NCBI GenBank assembly: GCA_021792255.1
Contig: JAJYUZ010000001.1
Coordinates: 256,001 to 320,000 of the forward strand
DNA length: 64,000 nucleotides
Reading direction: 5' to 3'
Source: Thermoplasmata archaeon
GTDB lineage: Archaea; Thermoplasmatota; Thermoplasmata; Thermoplasmatales; GCA-001856825
Every line of letters begins with the position of its first letter. Positions within the stretch are counted from its first letter, which is position 1. Under the pieces are notes generated by a model. That model saw only the letters and a program-made list of their open reading frames with translations, was not told the DNA's origin and did no database searches. The position numbers and the translations under genes are program-made. Positions 39,401 to 46,319 of this stretch are shown one piece after another.

Positions 39401-41257
39401 GGTCGCATTAATCGGACTTCCGACTGTCGTGATCGTAGGAGAGATCGAAATTGCGGATGAAGTTAGTGGCTGTGACGGGTGAAGGACTATTATCTCAGCC
39501 GTCGCAACTATGGCAAGACCATCGTCGCCATCCTCATCGTTGTTTGGGGGGGTATTCCCAACGTGATTATTTACAAAGAGGTAAAGATAATAAATGCCGT
39601 AACTCGATGGAATGTAGGTGAAACTTGCACTTGGCTGCGAAGTAGAATTCACGCTGTTAAATGACCTGAATCCTTGCTGCCAGTGAGGGAAATTTGTCGT
39701 GACGTACCACACGTAGGTATACGGCGAAATTCCTCCAGTCCAGTTTGCATTAAAGTTCAAGATTTCACCGATGTTCGAGTCCACTGTAGTCGGGGTCAGG
39801 GTTACCTGACTCACGGTGGGTTCCGGGTTCTTCTTAGAATCCACCTGTGAGACTGCCATCACATAGGCCGCAGAACTAGTACTGTCGACAAACAAATAAA
39901 CGTAATATCTACCATTATCGGAAGGAACAAAACTGAAAGTCGCAGAGTTCTTGCTCGTGTAATTGTATGAGTTAAATTGCAAAATGTATGGAGTCTGAAT
40001 AGTGTCCTTATGTGTGACCATCCAAACATAGGAGTAGGGTGCTGTTCCCCCCGTCCAGTTGCCAGTGAAGATTATCGGGACTCCCGCTTCCGAGTTAGCG
40101 TTGACCGAACTTGGCGATATCGTAAGAGATGAGACTCCTGGTGTTCCCGGCATTAGTACTATCTGAGCGTACGCAACAAGTGAATCCTGCTGGTAGCTGG
40201 AGCCGGGGCCCGTCGACGGGGTGACATAGAGATATAGGTAGAATATTCCGTACGATCCATACTGGGGATTGAAAGTGAAACTCGTGGAAGTATCTGTAGT
40301 GACGTTGTAGTTGTCAATCTGGTTTTTGTCACCCTTGTAATATAACTTCCACTGATTCTGGTCGGTAGTCACGACCCACGCATAATTATAAACATTAGAG
40401 CTTCCCGTCCAGTTCCCGACAAACGTTATTGGGCGGCCTAGATACATTACGGTAGTCGAAGGGGCTAGTGTCACGTTTTGTAGAGAGTACTGATTGTTCT
40501 TGTCTTTGTGACTCTGAGGTTGTTGTTGGACTGAAATGACCGCGCCAGCGCTGAGCCCACTGCCAGAGGTAGATCCATTAACGGTTAGGCTTATGAGGTA
40601 TGTATTAGGATGGTCAGGAGTAAAGTTGAAGTCTGCCGAGTTTAAAGAGCTAGAGTTGTTATAATAACTGGCGTACACTCTATCGGAAGAGGTCTGAGTC
40701 ACATTCCAAACATAACTGTAGGGAGATTGTCCACCAGACCAGACCGCCTTGAGTTCGAGCGTTTGACCTACATATAAGTTGGAAGATGTGGGAGAGAGAG
40801 TGATAGAAGTAAGAGAGTAACTCTGAGTTACGTTAAACGTACTCCCTGAGCCGTGCGTGTCCATCGAGGTGGAATAATTTCTACCAACGGTAGCAGCAGA
40901 AAAACTAGAGAACTTCTCCAAAAGCGTGTTCGTCTGAGAAGATAAATTTCTTGATCCTAGAGAGGCACCGGAGGATTGACCTGCACCGGAAGAAGAACTG
41001 CTCAAATAACTTCCTGAGGCAGTTGCTGGGGCAGGCCAAGTCTTTACTACCTTCCCATTTTGTACATCCTCGAAATAACTAGAATTCTGACCTCCCACTG
41101 TCGTGGTAACGAGATAAATGTGACCGCCGCTCGAGCCTGACGAAGCTGCAGTGTTAGATGAGTAAAAGGCACTCGAAAATGACGTTGAAAGCATCAAGAA
41201 AACTACTGCTACGGCTATCCCTACCATGAATCCTTTTGCGAACTTTCTGGTTATCAA
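27488..41257 (-). CDS. giant (~4,590 aa) Ser/Thr-rich surface protein: ~42 PKD/Ig-like modules, 5 thermopsin-type repeats, C-terminal TM anchor
   Basis: Uninterrupted 13.8-kb ORF; signal peptide RKFAKGFMVGIAVAVVFLML; repeated P.S.TID.GQ...GG.G.FS.SW modules. TTG 41257 lies ~23 nt after TTTATA and is the likelier start (track start 41290). Confidence 0.9.
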   Translation of the reverse strand: MITRKFAKGFMVGIAVAVVFLMLSTSFSSAFYSSNTAASSGSSGGHIYLVTTTVGGQNSSYFEDVQNGKVVKTWPAPATASGSYLSSSSSGAGQSSGASLGSRNLSSQTNTLLEKFSSFSAATVGRNYSTSMDTHGSGSTFNVTQSYSLTSITLSPTSSNLYVGQTLELKAVWSGGQSPYSYVWNVTQTSSDRVYASYYNNSSSLNSADFNFTPDHPNTYLISLTVNGSTSGSGLSAGAVISVQQQPQSHKDKNNQYSLQNVTLAPSTTVMYLGRPITFVGNWTGSSNVYNYAWVVTTDQNQWKLYYKGDKNQIDNYNVTTDTSTSFTFNPQYGSYGIFYLYLYVTPSTGPGSSYQQDSLVAYAQIVLMPGTPGVSSLTISPSSVNANSEAGVPIIFTGNWTGGTAPYSYVWMVTHKDTIQTPYILQFNSYNYTSKNSATFSFVPSDNGRYYVYLFVDSTSSAAYVMAVSQVDSKKNPEPTVSQVTLTPTTVDSNIGEILNFNANWTGGISPYTYVWYVTTNFPHWQQGFRSFNSVNSTSQPSASFTYIPSSYGIYYLYLFVNNHVGNTPPNNDEDGDDGLAIVATAEIIVLHPSQPLTSSAISISPTITTVGSPINATVESGYGVAPFSYSWAVTTSSGQPAPGDYSTTGNQIVFNTPGTYTVTVTVTDANGVTASLTETVTINSLLSATISVSGLTTLDSGQSATLILTSVGGGITPYKGQWLEEPPLASSFLNLTNQFYISPTDLSAASVSTGILTTTGTWAFEFEITDSTSKVATSAPVTITVNPELSVSLSSPVGTQVGAGSSITFTNITQGGTEPYTYSYSVSPSTGWTQSSNPGNTFTFTSTGNYIVTLSVEDAASSIVSSSLTVTVVSPLTVQVQPQSYSIDPGQVFITLTTTVEYGSGSYTWQWYSGSPGSGVAISGSSGSGATSTYTPTQNGTYYVVFKDSSGQSVTTNGAVVKENQLPIVSLLPSSPTIDTSQSLVLSSSVSGGSGSFSYSWTIGGSQVVVGTATTLSFTEDTAGTYKVWLNVTDTGTSPDYSLSPVSITITVDSSPTVSVSPASATIDLSQSLLLTATVNGGSGLYSYSWTIGGSPSVVGTSSTFSFTESSARTYTVWLNVTDTGTYSPLVVSAKVPIAVNVYPSVSVQPKSATIDSGESITITSTAVDGTGPFSWQWYDSSGKISGASGTGLTASQTFSSADTGVYVVFTDTGTTSGASPTATVASSTVSVVVDGSLSISVQPSSGSIDAGQTITLTSTVSGGTGTFSWSLYTSSNSLINSGTGATASYQFSPTTTTSYYFVFTDTGVTLGATPAATATSNQATITVYTVPTVTVSPSSAIVDTSQSLLLTSSVNGGSGSFSYSWTIGSSSTVLGTKSSYSFTQTTSGTYRVVLTVTDSITSYTFSSTASLTVYVSPSISSQPSSVTIDSGQSITITSTAVGGTGSFSWQWYDSSGKISGASGTGLTASQTFSSADTGVYVVFTDTGTTSGASPAATASSSNVAVTVDNSLTVSTQPSSFTINSGQSVTLTSTVSGGTGTFSWSLYTSLNTRVASGTGATASYQLSPATTTSYYFVFTDTGVSSGATPIATAKSNSATVTVNSAPTVTVTPSSAVIDAGQSVALVSTVSGGSGSFAYSWSINGSSTVVGQSPSYTFSLATPDTYKVWLNVTDTGTTPNYAFSPVSVTITVESALSISSQPTSATIDSGQSISPTSTVSGGTGKYSWQWYDSSGPITGDSGTGSVATATFSSGDTGIYVVFTDTGTSSVATPSSMVKSSVVTVTLDSALSISVQPLSGTIDSGQSITLTSTVTGGTGTYSWSLYTSSNFLVASGTGSKASYLLSPTTTTSYYFVFTDTGVTSGATPVSTLSSSNAPVSVNPPLSPSVSPSSATLTLGQSQTFTSTTSGGSGKYTYAWTISGSTTVVSTTNAYTFSESSTGSYKIWLNVTDVGTTPPYTLSVSVTVQVNPGTLSVTFVTNTPSSGSGSLDVGQSLSLSVTPTISGGVLPYSYQWYLNGTSGGSKIGLSGPATSGTAISHFFAPVGKGTYLFYLQITSSDGQSSTTGAITVTVFAAPSISSQPSSVTIDSGQSITITSTAVGGTGSFSWQWYDSSGKISGASGTGLTASQTFSSADTGVYVVFTDTGTTSGASPSLTATSSKASVTLDSAITISVQPKSTSINSGQSVTLTSTVSGGTGTFSWSLFTSSNSVVASGTGATASYQLSPATTTSYYFVFIDTGVSSGAFPVASATSTSATITVTLAPTVSVSPSSAVLDTGQSVTLASSTSGGTGQFSYFWSIGGSSKVVGTGSTYKFYGTTAGPFVVWLNVTDVGTTPNYQLSPAEVSITVDSVPTVTISPSISSIDSGQSITLTSSVSGGTAQFIYSWSVNGNPMNIVNTATSVSFSEATSGTYVVWLNVTDTGTYSAFVFSTTARVTVYAAPAISVQPTSSTIDSGQSVTLTSTVSGGTGTFSWSLFTSSNSVVASGAGATASYQLSPTTTTSYYFVFTDTGVTLGATPAATATSNQATITVNTQPTVTITPSSSQIDVGQTISLTSSISGGSGSFSYSWSIGGSSAIVGKEKSYSFAGSSARAYKIYLNVTDNSTQYVFSTTVSVVVDPSLSVSVQPTSTIVDAGQSVTLSSTVNGGTGTFSWSLYTSSNSLVTSGTGKVASYAFNPQSNGSYYFVFTDAGVTSGASPLSTAKSNSASVVVNSDPKVTVLSTTVGSGSSATLTATASGGTGVGYAFKWYSNSALTNLLYSGNPFKTPALTSTTTYYVTVVDSTGTVSSTTSVTVTVVSSLTSSSLTVTPATTDVGFAISVTVSSGAGVPPYSYSWTVTLYPSGSASGYYSTSGNKVTFTKAGIYSVTATVKDSAGETASITKTITVNTLPSVTITPSSATIDVGASVTFSNSSTGGTAPTTYGWGYPSGSGITHVGNLFNFTNTGNFTIKLYVNDSLGASGFAVATISVNSQPIIVYSSLNVTISAAATMDSGTSTNISITSITGTGPYTAQLKAEAPGSTTFSVIATTTQFSTFPEKVGTGSLTTIGEWHFVVVATEVDNTGITGTSSPITVNVVNALTSSALSISPTNPDIGSPVSVSVQSGYGTLPFVYLWTVTLSGGGSASGDYTSSGNQITFNTGGAYSVTVKVVDEDGLSASISAIITVNAPLSITISAVTPTTVDNGQTVTFSNSVSGGTGTYTVGYSVSSLGGGIKFGAYSISGNTITFSLAGQYDVSSVVTDSLGDTVTSTNSITVTVNALPTVSISPSSTTIDTGNSVTFTNTTVNGTQPYTYIWSYPSGQGITQAGNTFTFADTGNFTITLTVVDSVGVVASSSALITVNPSPIIVLQPGSSSGVQSATNSSQYGSGLQPLIQEQKKTFGGSSDPTITLDQGTPWVVTVQSGTGTPPFTFSWIVNYSSNNTPAKDYTLGSSNSNYVDNVLTFTGTGNYFVFIKVEDKYGATSTETVGIDVSSPLVVNFTIQATASSLDVGNSTSLSSTLKIKGGTPSYSYQWYRNGTSSGDKISGTNASGRFNNSTLSLLQTPTVPGNYTYYLVITDSAYSPASNSTLLLVTVNRLPTTSSIVISPTSTVIDGLINATVKPGYGTAPFNYTWTVAPENGSSSPVTYYGHQIGLSQSGNYTLSLKLRDSDGRVAYNNTTVKIYSSSLVIVRITSPSSVPTIDAGQSQSITGSFGGGSGSYEYQWVLQNSSTPSAPNTGYTSGASPQSYTFTSSTSGTFYVFLYVKDTIVGDTGDVYQEVKVNGDIAQSSISISPATTSVGSPVVASVESGYGTPPFSYSWTVTLSNGGSATGDYNTSGNQVTFSKSGNYIVKVAVSDSYSSATSTSYNVAVSAIISLTASISSYPSAGVTAIDVNHAQVFQATVLGGTGSYSYSWGIGGVSGIVGNSSTYSLNVSTPGLYKIWFNVTEGNSSAKASPLTIIVNPLPKASFGVTGTIQTDVGQSINGNVVGGTPPYRYSWLVGMYPSGGSAAGDYTISGTAITFSARGNYTVEFIATDADGATASVTVTFVVNSQLSGSLSLTNPLSSVIDRGNSSLLNVSISGGSGAFSYQWYVQLPGTTSFQVVAGAVNSTYRFVTSSATLPGIYLFYVNVTDINTDPAYVHSNIISVTVLTKLIYGVTFSETGLPLGTKWFVNITNGNTYSSVSNNINFLEPNGTYSYSISTGNKTYKLSSQSVSSFSFTVSGSTVSQSLVFLPVVYWVTFSESGLRTGTEWFVNLSNGQSYSSTFSVITFTLSNGTFSYTLATANKQYKPVVFSSLFTVAGSPTSDSVQFSLLSYNVSFSQSGLPLGTMWFVNLSSGQTYNSTGGSLEFVQPNGTYSYIIETSNKIYFSYGGTFTVSGAPTFERITFSPFLYNISFPETGLPSGMKWNVTLVSTSGNVTRSSTGSIFFNEVNGTYNFTIGGLAGYKTQDYQITVVVNGSNFKNTITWTAVTYPVTVIETGLAAGATWSVTVTTITQSGQENVQTINSTTDSITFYVTNGSYSYVVTLPQGYQGTPVRGSITVVGDAVTTSLKVTPLPNYLLISIIIAAIAVIVAVLVFYIMVSRKSLFKREGSPLKIKKVKGNK
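33663..33768. repeat. 106-bp intragenic direct repeat (second family)
   Basis: Identical to 37272-37377 by eye. Confidence 0.85.
34797..35031. repeat. 235-bp intragenic direct repeat, copy 1
   Basis: Matches 36768-37002 with one mismatch; 34815-34939 also identical to 37608-37732. Confidence 0.9.
36768..37002. repeat. 235-bp intragenic direct repeat, copy 2
   Basis: Offset 1971 bp from copy 1; 36522-36586 matches 34551-34615 at the same offset. Confidence 0.9.
37608..37732. repeat. 125-bp partial third copy of the same repeat
   Basis: Identical to 34815-34939 by eye. Confidence 0.85.
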
Positions 41258-41623
41258 TCGCTTGCATAGTTCAAGAAGGTATAAAAACATTTATATTGAA
41301 TAAGGGAGATGTAAGTGTACTTAAATTTGTGTTTGAGCTCGTATTAGACGGGCTCTCTGGAATGAAGTGAATTATGCTTATTTAATAGCATTATTGACAA
41401 ACTGAAATTCCGTTCTAACTATCAAACTTTTTTTGGAAAAAATCAAATCGATTAGTGGAGCTTATTCGACAAAAGATGTACTGCAAGTAAAACTATTGTC
41501 AGTAATTGCTGTGCGCGGTGGACCGCTTCCTATCAGATTTGTAGACTCTGGAGAGAGTATATCTGCCAACCGGTTCTAACGTCTCTTGGCCAAACTTAAA
41601 TATTATACATGCTATCTACGAGC

Positions 41624-44600
41624 GTGAAATCTAGAAAATTCACAATAGCCACACTAGTACTAATCATTTTGACATCTCTAATTCTAAGTTCGTCCTCGAA
41701 CGTCATAGGATCCGCAAATGAAGGAGGAGTGACCCGTCAGGCGCCTATTTCCTCTTCATCGATGGCAACTGGTCCTTATGCCGGTCAGTCGGTAATTTCT
41801 AACGCCACTTCTATATACAAGGAAAGCACCTCTAATGCTAAAAACTACCTTCCCTCTTTTAATTCTTCGGGAGTACCGATTGGCTCCTTTAACGTACGGA
41901 ACAGTTCTGCGACGCTTTATTCAGTCAGCTTCGAGGTCACTAACAAGGCAAGTGGAGTGGACTGGAGCGTCTACGTCTACACCAATCTTTCGCTAGCCAT
42001 ACCGGATCTTCCTCTCTACAATTCACTGAATCACGAAAGTTATGGCTTGGTATTCTCGGGCTCTAGCTCTTCTTCCACCATCACCGGATCAATATCTTCC
42101 GGAACTTACTATTACTATACTGGTCCCACTTCCACCCTTACTGGTCCTTATGAAATGACAGTATCTGGAACGCAATTGGTGACTGTTACCTTCCCTGCGT
42201 TTTATACGGCCTCTTTCACCGAGACCGGATTAAATGTCGGTACATCGTGGAGCGTGTACGGAACTGCAACCCTTCCGAACGACAGGATGACTATTCTTTC
42301 GGAGACAGCTGCAACCTCGACGATCTCCGTGTCGGTCCCAAATGGGTATTACAGTTTTGCATATGGAGTAAGTTCTACTGTAATAGAGTCTTATCCGTTT
42401 CTTATTTCAGGATCCAACATCACTAGACAGATTTCCATGCCATCATTTTATGAAATAACATTCCGGGAATCTGGATTGACTGCAGGAATTCAATGGCAGA
42501 TATCTGGGCAGTCCCTGACACCCAATCAGTATTCCCTCAACGACTTCTTCACCGTCACCTCGACCTCAAATTCCACTACAGCCCAAGTACCGAATGGTGT
42601 GTACTTCTACGAACCATCTACGGGACAGACCACAATGTCAACCTCATCTTCCATTTACGTCGAAGGAGGTAGCCAGACAATCTCGGTAGTCTTTCCTGCA
42701 ATGTACGCCGTTGTCTTTAATGGTATAGGCTATAGGTCGGGTATTGACTGGCAGGTTTCAGCATATTCTACGGACGGTAAGTTTTCATCCACGAATTATA
42801 GCACCTCTCCGACTTTGAAGCTCGAGCTACCGAATGGCGATTACACTTATACGGCAGGAGAAGGGGGATCCAACCTCCTCAGTGGCACATTTAATGTGTC
42901 CTCGTCCAACTATTCATCTAAAATCACTTTCCCTCAAACGTACCTGTTGAATTTCTCGGAGACTAATCTAGCTAGTGGAATGGGCTGGGGAGTGACTGTC
43001 TACGGGGCCAATCACACAACCGTCTTCTCAAACACCACGCTAGGCACCCACATTTCCATTTATCTCCCGACTGGAAAATACGACTATTCAGTTTCGGAAA
43101 GTCCTTTTGCTACTGTCCTGTACCAACAGGACCAGTCGGTATATTCATCGTCCTCTTTTTCGATTGGAAACTACCAGCTGAATCTCTCAGTAGCATTCCC
43201 TAGACTCGTATCTGTCACGTTTACAGAATCCAACTTAAGAACTGGAATTGCCTGGGGACTGGGTGTATACTCATCCGCCTCCCCCACAAAATTCTCAGAG
43301 ATCTTTTACAACACATCTTCTGTCTATGACAGCGTGGACCTATACCTCATCAACGGGACATTTCATTATTCTGTTGAAGAGGCGGGTGCTTACATCTATC
43401 CTTCGACATCCACATTCAACGTTTCTGGATCTCAACTGTCCGAGGTATATCACTTCCCGTCCCTCTTTTTAACGTCATTTTCTATAACTGGGCTGAAGGC
43501 CTCTACCACCTGGTCTTTAATAGTAGACGAGTCGAATTATTCTGTCATTTACTTTAATTCTTCAGCGTCTTCATTCATGCAAGCATATCTCCCAAATGGG
43601 TCCTATAACTACTCTGTCACTACTACGTCCCATCTTTCGACCAGTTCATCATTCTCAGTTTCCGGTACCGGACTTACCGTTCCTGTGACTATTACCTCAA
43701 CTTACTCAATCACATTTACCGAAACTGGACTACCGTCAGGCACTCTCTGGTACTTGTCTGTAAATGGAGTCTACAGCTTCTCCTCAAACGACACGATCCA
43801 AATAGTCGAACCAAACGGAACGTACAAATATTCCATCATCAGTTCAAGTTACACCGCATCACCCAGCAATGGAACCCTCGTAATTGCAGGAAAGGCTATC
43901 TCGATTACCATCACGTTCAACCAGACCGAAGCCACGTACTCCGTCACTTTTTCAGAAACGGGACTCGCAAATGGAACTGTCTGGTCCGTGACAATTTCGA
44001 ATTCAACGGAGAGTTCGGTACATAGCTCAATAACGTTACAAGAACCAAATGGGACATATACGTACGAAATAAACGCAAGTGGATTTACTCCTTCCCCCTC
44101 TGCCGGTCTGATCTCGGTTAATGGAGCTGGCCAGACCATTTCGGTAGCGTTCGCACCCACTAAACCTGTCCCCAAGTACAACGTTACCTTCTCAGAGACA
44201 GGACTGTCCATCAATACTTTGTGGACTGTCTCACTGACAAATTCGACCAATGCAGGGAAGGTCATTGACGTGATTAGCACTGTTAAGGGAAATATCGATG
44301 TGTACGGAATAACCTATGATAGTTCCAACAGGTACCTGTATGTCTCGGGTGTTGCACAGAATTCTACTTCCGCTTCCAATTATCCTGGGGTGGTCCTAGT
44401 GATAAGCCCCATCACCAACACCGTGATCAATACGATTTCCGTGGGCTCACTTCCAGAATCCAGCGTGTACGATCCATACAACGGTTACTTGTACGTTGCA
44501 AACGCACTATCCAATAACGTATCTGTGATTAACACGGTGACTCAATCTGTAATCGCAACTACACCGGTAGGCAATCAGCCAGTCGGAATTGCGTACTCGT

Positions 44601-46180
44601 CCATGAACCACGACGTTTACGTCGCAAATGGGGCTTCGGGCACTGTCTCAGTGATAAGCAGCGCGTCTAATGTGGTCCTTTCGACGATTGTCCTTGGTTC
44701 ATCCGGACAGACACTTGCTGGAGCAGTGTTTGATCCTTCAAACGGGAACCTGTACATAGGTGGATTTAACAATGTCTCGAAGACAGATAGCGTCTTCGTG
44801 ATAAACACCCTCACAAACGTTGTGGTGTCGGAAATAAATGGTGCCGCCTACTTTGGTACTTACGATTCCTTTAACGGGTACATATATTTCACCGACAATT
44901 CCCTTAATTCTGTTCTTGTAGTCGACGGCTCGACCAACCAGGTTGTTACTACTATAGATCTCCCGTCCCATTCATCACCCATAGGGCTGACGTACGATTC
45001 CTTCGATCACAACATTTACGTCGCTGAACAAAACTCGAGCTCGCTGGCAGTCATAAGTTCACTTACCAATACGGTGATTGCGAACCTGGATGTCACGGGA
45101 TCTCCGCTCTTTCCTACGTACGTTCCCTCAAATCACGACATTTACGTTTCGAACCATTTGGTGGGCGGAATTCAAGAAGTCTCTTCTTATGGTGGACAAA
45201 GCTCAGTACAGTCATCGACGCTCGACACAGTACAGTTTTCAGAGCCAAATGGCACCTACTCTTTCAGCATCGGGAGCATCAACGGCTATACCGTGAATCC
45301 CCAGTCTGGATTCCTGACCATTAAGGGCTCCGCGGTCGATGAAAGTGTTGCATTTTCCGTGGTAATCGGGTACGAGGTAACTTTCTCTCAGATCGGACTC
45401 CGAGCTGGTGTATCGTGGTCCGTGACCCTGGGTGCGAGTACTCAAAAATCCACCTCGCCTAGCGTGACTTTCACTGAAACAAACGGTACCTATTCGTTCG
45501 AGATAGCCAACGTTTCTGGCTACGTAGTTTCCCCAACTGCCGGGGTAATAACCGTGAGCGGCTCCTCGATCACAAAGACCATTACCTTTTCTGAAGTGTT
45601 CACGGTAAACTTCATTGAGTCTAATCTGCCCGTTGGAGCAACGTGGACCGTGACTCTAGCTGGAGTAGCCAAGTCCTCTGGAACAAACACGATAACCTTT
45701 GGGGAACTCAACGGATCGTATACTTACTCGGTAAACTCTTCAAATAACTATACGGCGTCTCCCTCGTCGGGTACTATTATCGTCAATGGTGCCACGTTGA
45801 ACCAGACTGTTCAATTCTCTCCCGTCCAGATCCCGCTGTTCCTCACAGGCACCATCAGCCCGGCCAATGCCACCCTGTACATCAACGGTCAACGGGTTTC
45901 CACAATAAATGGAACGTTCAACGTCTCGATTAATCCCGGGAGCTATGATATAAAGGTCGTTTTAAGTGGATACGTTACATACTATCGCAACGTTACCGTG
46001 ACTTCTAATCAGACCAATGTATCTGCCCTTACCATCACTCTTACCAAGGTAACTCCGCCATCCCCACTGTCAACCACCGAAATCGTCATCATAGCCGTCG
46101 TGGCAATAGCGATAGTTGCAGCCGTCTCGATGTCAATAGTCAGGTCACGTAAGAGAACTGAATCGAAGCGCAAAGAGTGA
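41624..46180 (+). CDS. surface protein: 12 thermopsin-type repeats, YVTN-type beta-propeller, PEGA-like domain, TM anchor
   Basis: Signal peptide; YDPYNGYLYVAN..SNNVSVIN blades; PANATLYING PEGA-like motif; C-terminal TM and RSRKR tail. GTG 41624 follows TTAAATA (track start 41609). Confidence 0.88.
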   Translation: MKSRKFTIATLVLIILTSLILSSSSNVIGSANEGGVTRQAPISSSSMATGPYAGQSVISNATSIYKESTSNAKNYLPSFNSSGVPIGSFNVRNSSATLYSVSFEVTNKASGVDWSVYVYTNLSLAIPDLPLYNSLNHESYGLVFSGSSSSSTITGSISSGTYYYYTGPTSTLTGPYEMTVSGTQLVTVTFPAFYTASFTETGLNVGTSWSVYGTATLPNDRMTILSETAATSTISVSVPNGYYSFAYGVSSTVIESYPFLISGSNITRQISMPSFYEITFRESGLTAGIQWQISGQSLTPNQYSLNDFFTVTSTSNSTTAQVPNGVYFYEPSTGQTTMSTSSSIYVEGGSQTISVVFPAMYAVVFNGIGYRSGIDWQVSAYSTDGKFSSTNYSTSPTLKLELPNGDYTYTAGEGGSNLLSGTFNVSSSNYSSKITFPQTYLLNFSETNLASGMGWGVTVYGANHTTVFSNTTLGTHISIYLPTGKYDYSVSESPFATVLYQQDQSVYSSSSFSIGNYQLNLSVAFPRLVSVTFTESNLRTGIAWGLGVYSSASPTKFSEIFYNTSSVYDSVDLYLINGTFHYSVEEAGAYIYPSTSTFNVSGSQLSEVYHFPSLFLTSFSITGLKASTTWSLIVDESNYSVIYFNSSASSFMQAYLPNGSYNYSVTTTSHLSTSSSFSVSGTGLTVPVTITSTYSITFTETGLPSGTLWYLSVNGVYSFSSNDTIQIVEPNGTYKYSIISSSYTASPSNGTLVIAGKAISITITFNQTEATYSVTFSETGLANGTVWSVTISNSTESSVHSSITLQEPNGTYTYEINASGFTPSPSAGLISVNGAGQTISVAFAPTKPVPKYNVTFSETGLSINTLWTVSLTNSTNAGKVIDVISTVKGNIDVYGITYDSSNRYLYVSGVAQNSTSASNYPGVVLVISPITNTVINTISVGSLPESSVYDPYNGYLYVANALSNNVSVINTVTQSVIATTPVGNQPVGIAYSSMNHDVYVANGASGTVSVISSASNVVLSTIVLGSSGQTLAGAVFDPSNGNLYIGGFNNVSKTDSVFVINTLTNVVVSEINGAAYFGTYDSFNGYIYFTDNSLNSVLVVDGSTNQVVTTIDLPSHSSPIGLTYDSFDHNIYVAEQNSSSLAVISSLTNTVIANLDVTGSPLFPTYVPSNHDIYVSNHLVGGIQEVSSYGGQSSVQSSTLDTVQFSEPNGTYSFSIGSINGYTVNPQSGFLTIKGSAVDESVAFSVVIGYEVTFSQIGLRAGVSWSVTLGASTQKSTSPSVTFTETNGTYSFEIANVSGYVVSPTAGVITVSGSSITKTITFSEVFTVNFIESNLPVGATWTVTLAGVAKSSGTNTITFGELNGSYTYSVNSSNNYTASPSSGTIIVNGATLNQTVQFSPVQIPLFLTGTISPANATLYINGQRVSTINGTFNVSINPGSYDIKVVLSGYVTYYRNVTVTSNQTNVSALTITLTKVTPPSPLSTTEIVIIAVVAIAIVAAVSMSIVRSRKRTESKRKE

Positions 46181-46190
46181 GGACCAAAAC

Positions 46191-46217
46191 CTTTTTCCTT
46201 TCATTTTTCTTTTTTCC
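46191..46217 (+). terminator. oligo-T archaeal terminator candidate
   Basis: Pyrimidine tract with T5-T6 runs just after the stop. Confidence 0.45.
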
Positions 46218-46319
46218 TCGACTTCTCTTGCGGTCGGTATCTCCAGTCTATAGCATCATTAGTTCTAGAGTTAGGGGAGTACCTGTAATTGTTTATATCG
46301 TTGTCCGACTTACGTCTTT

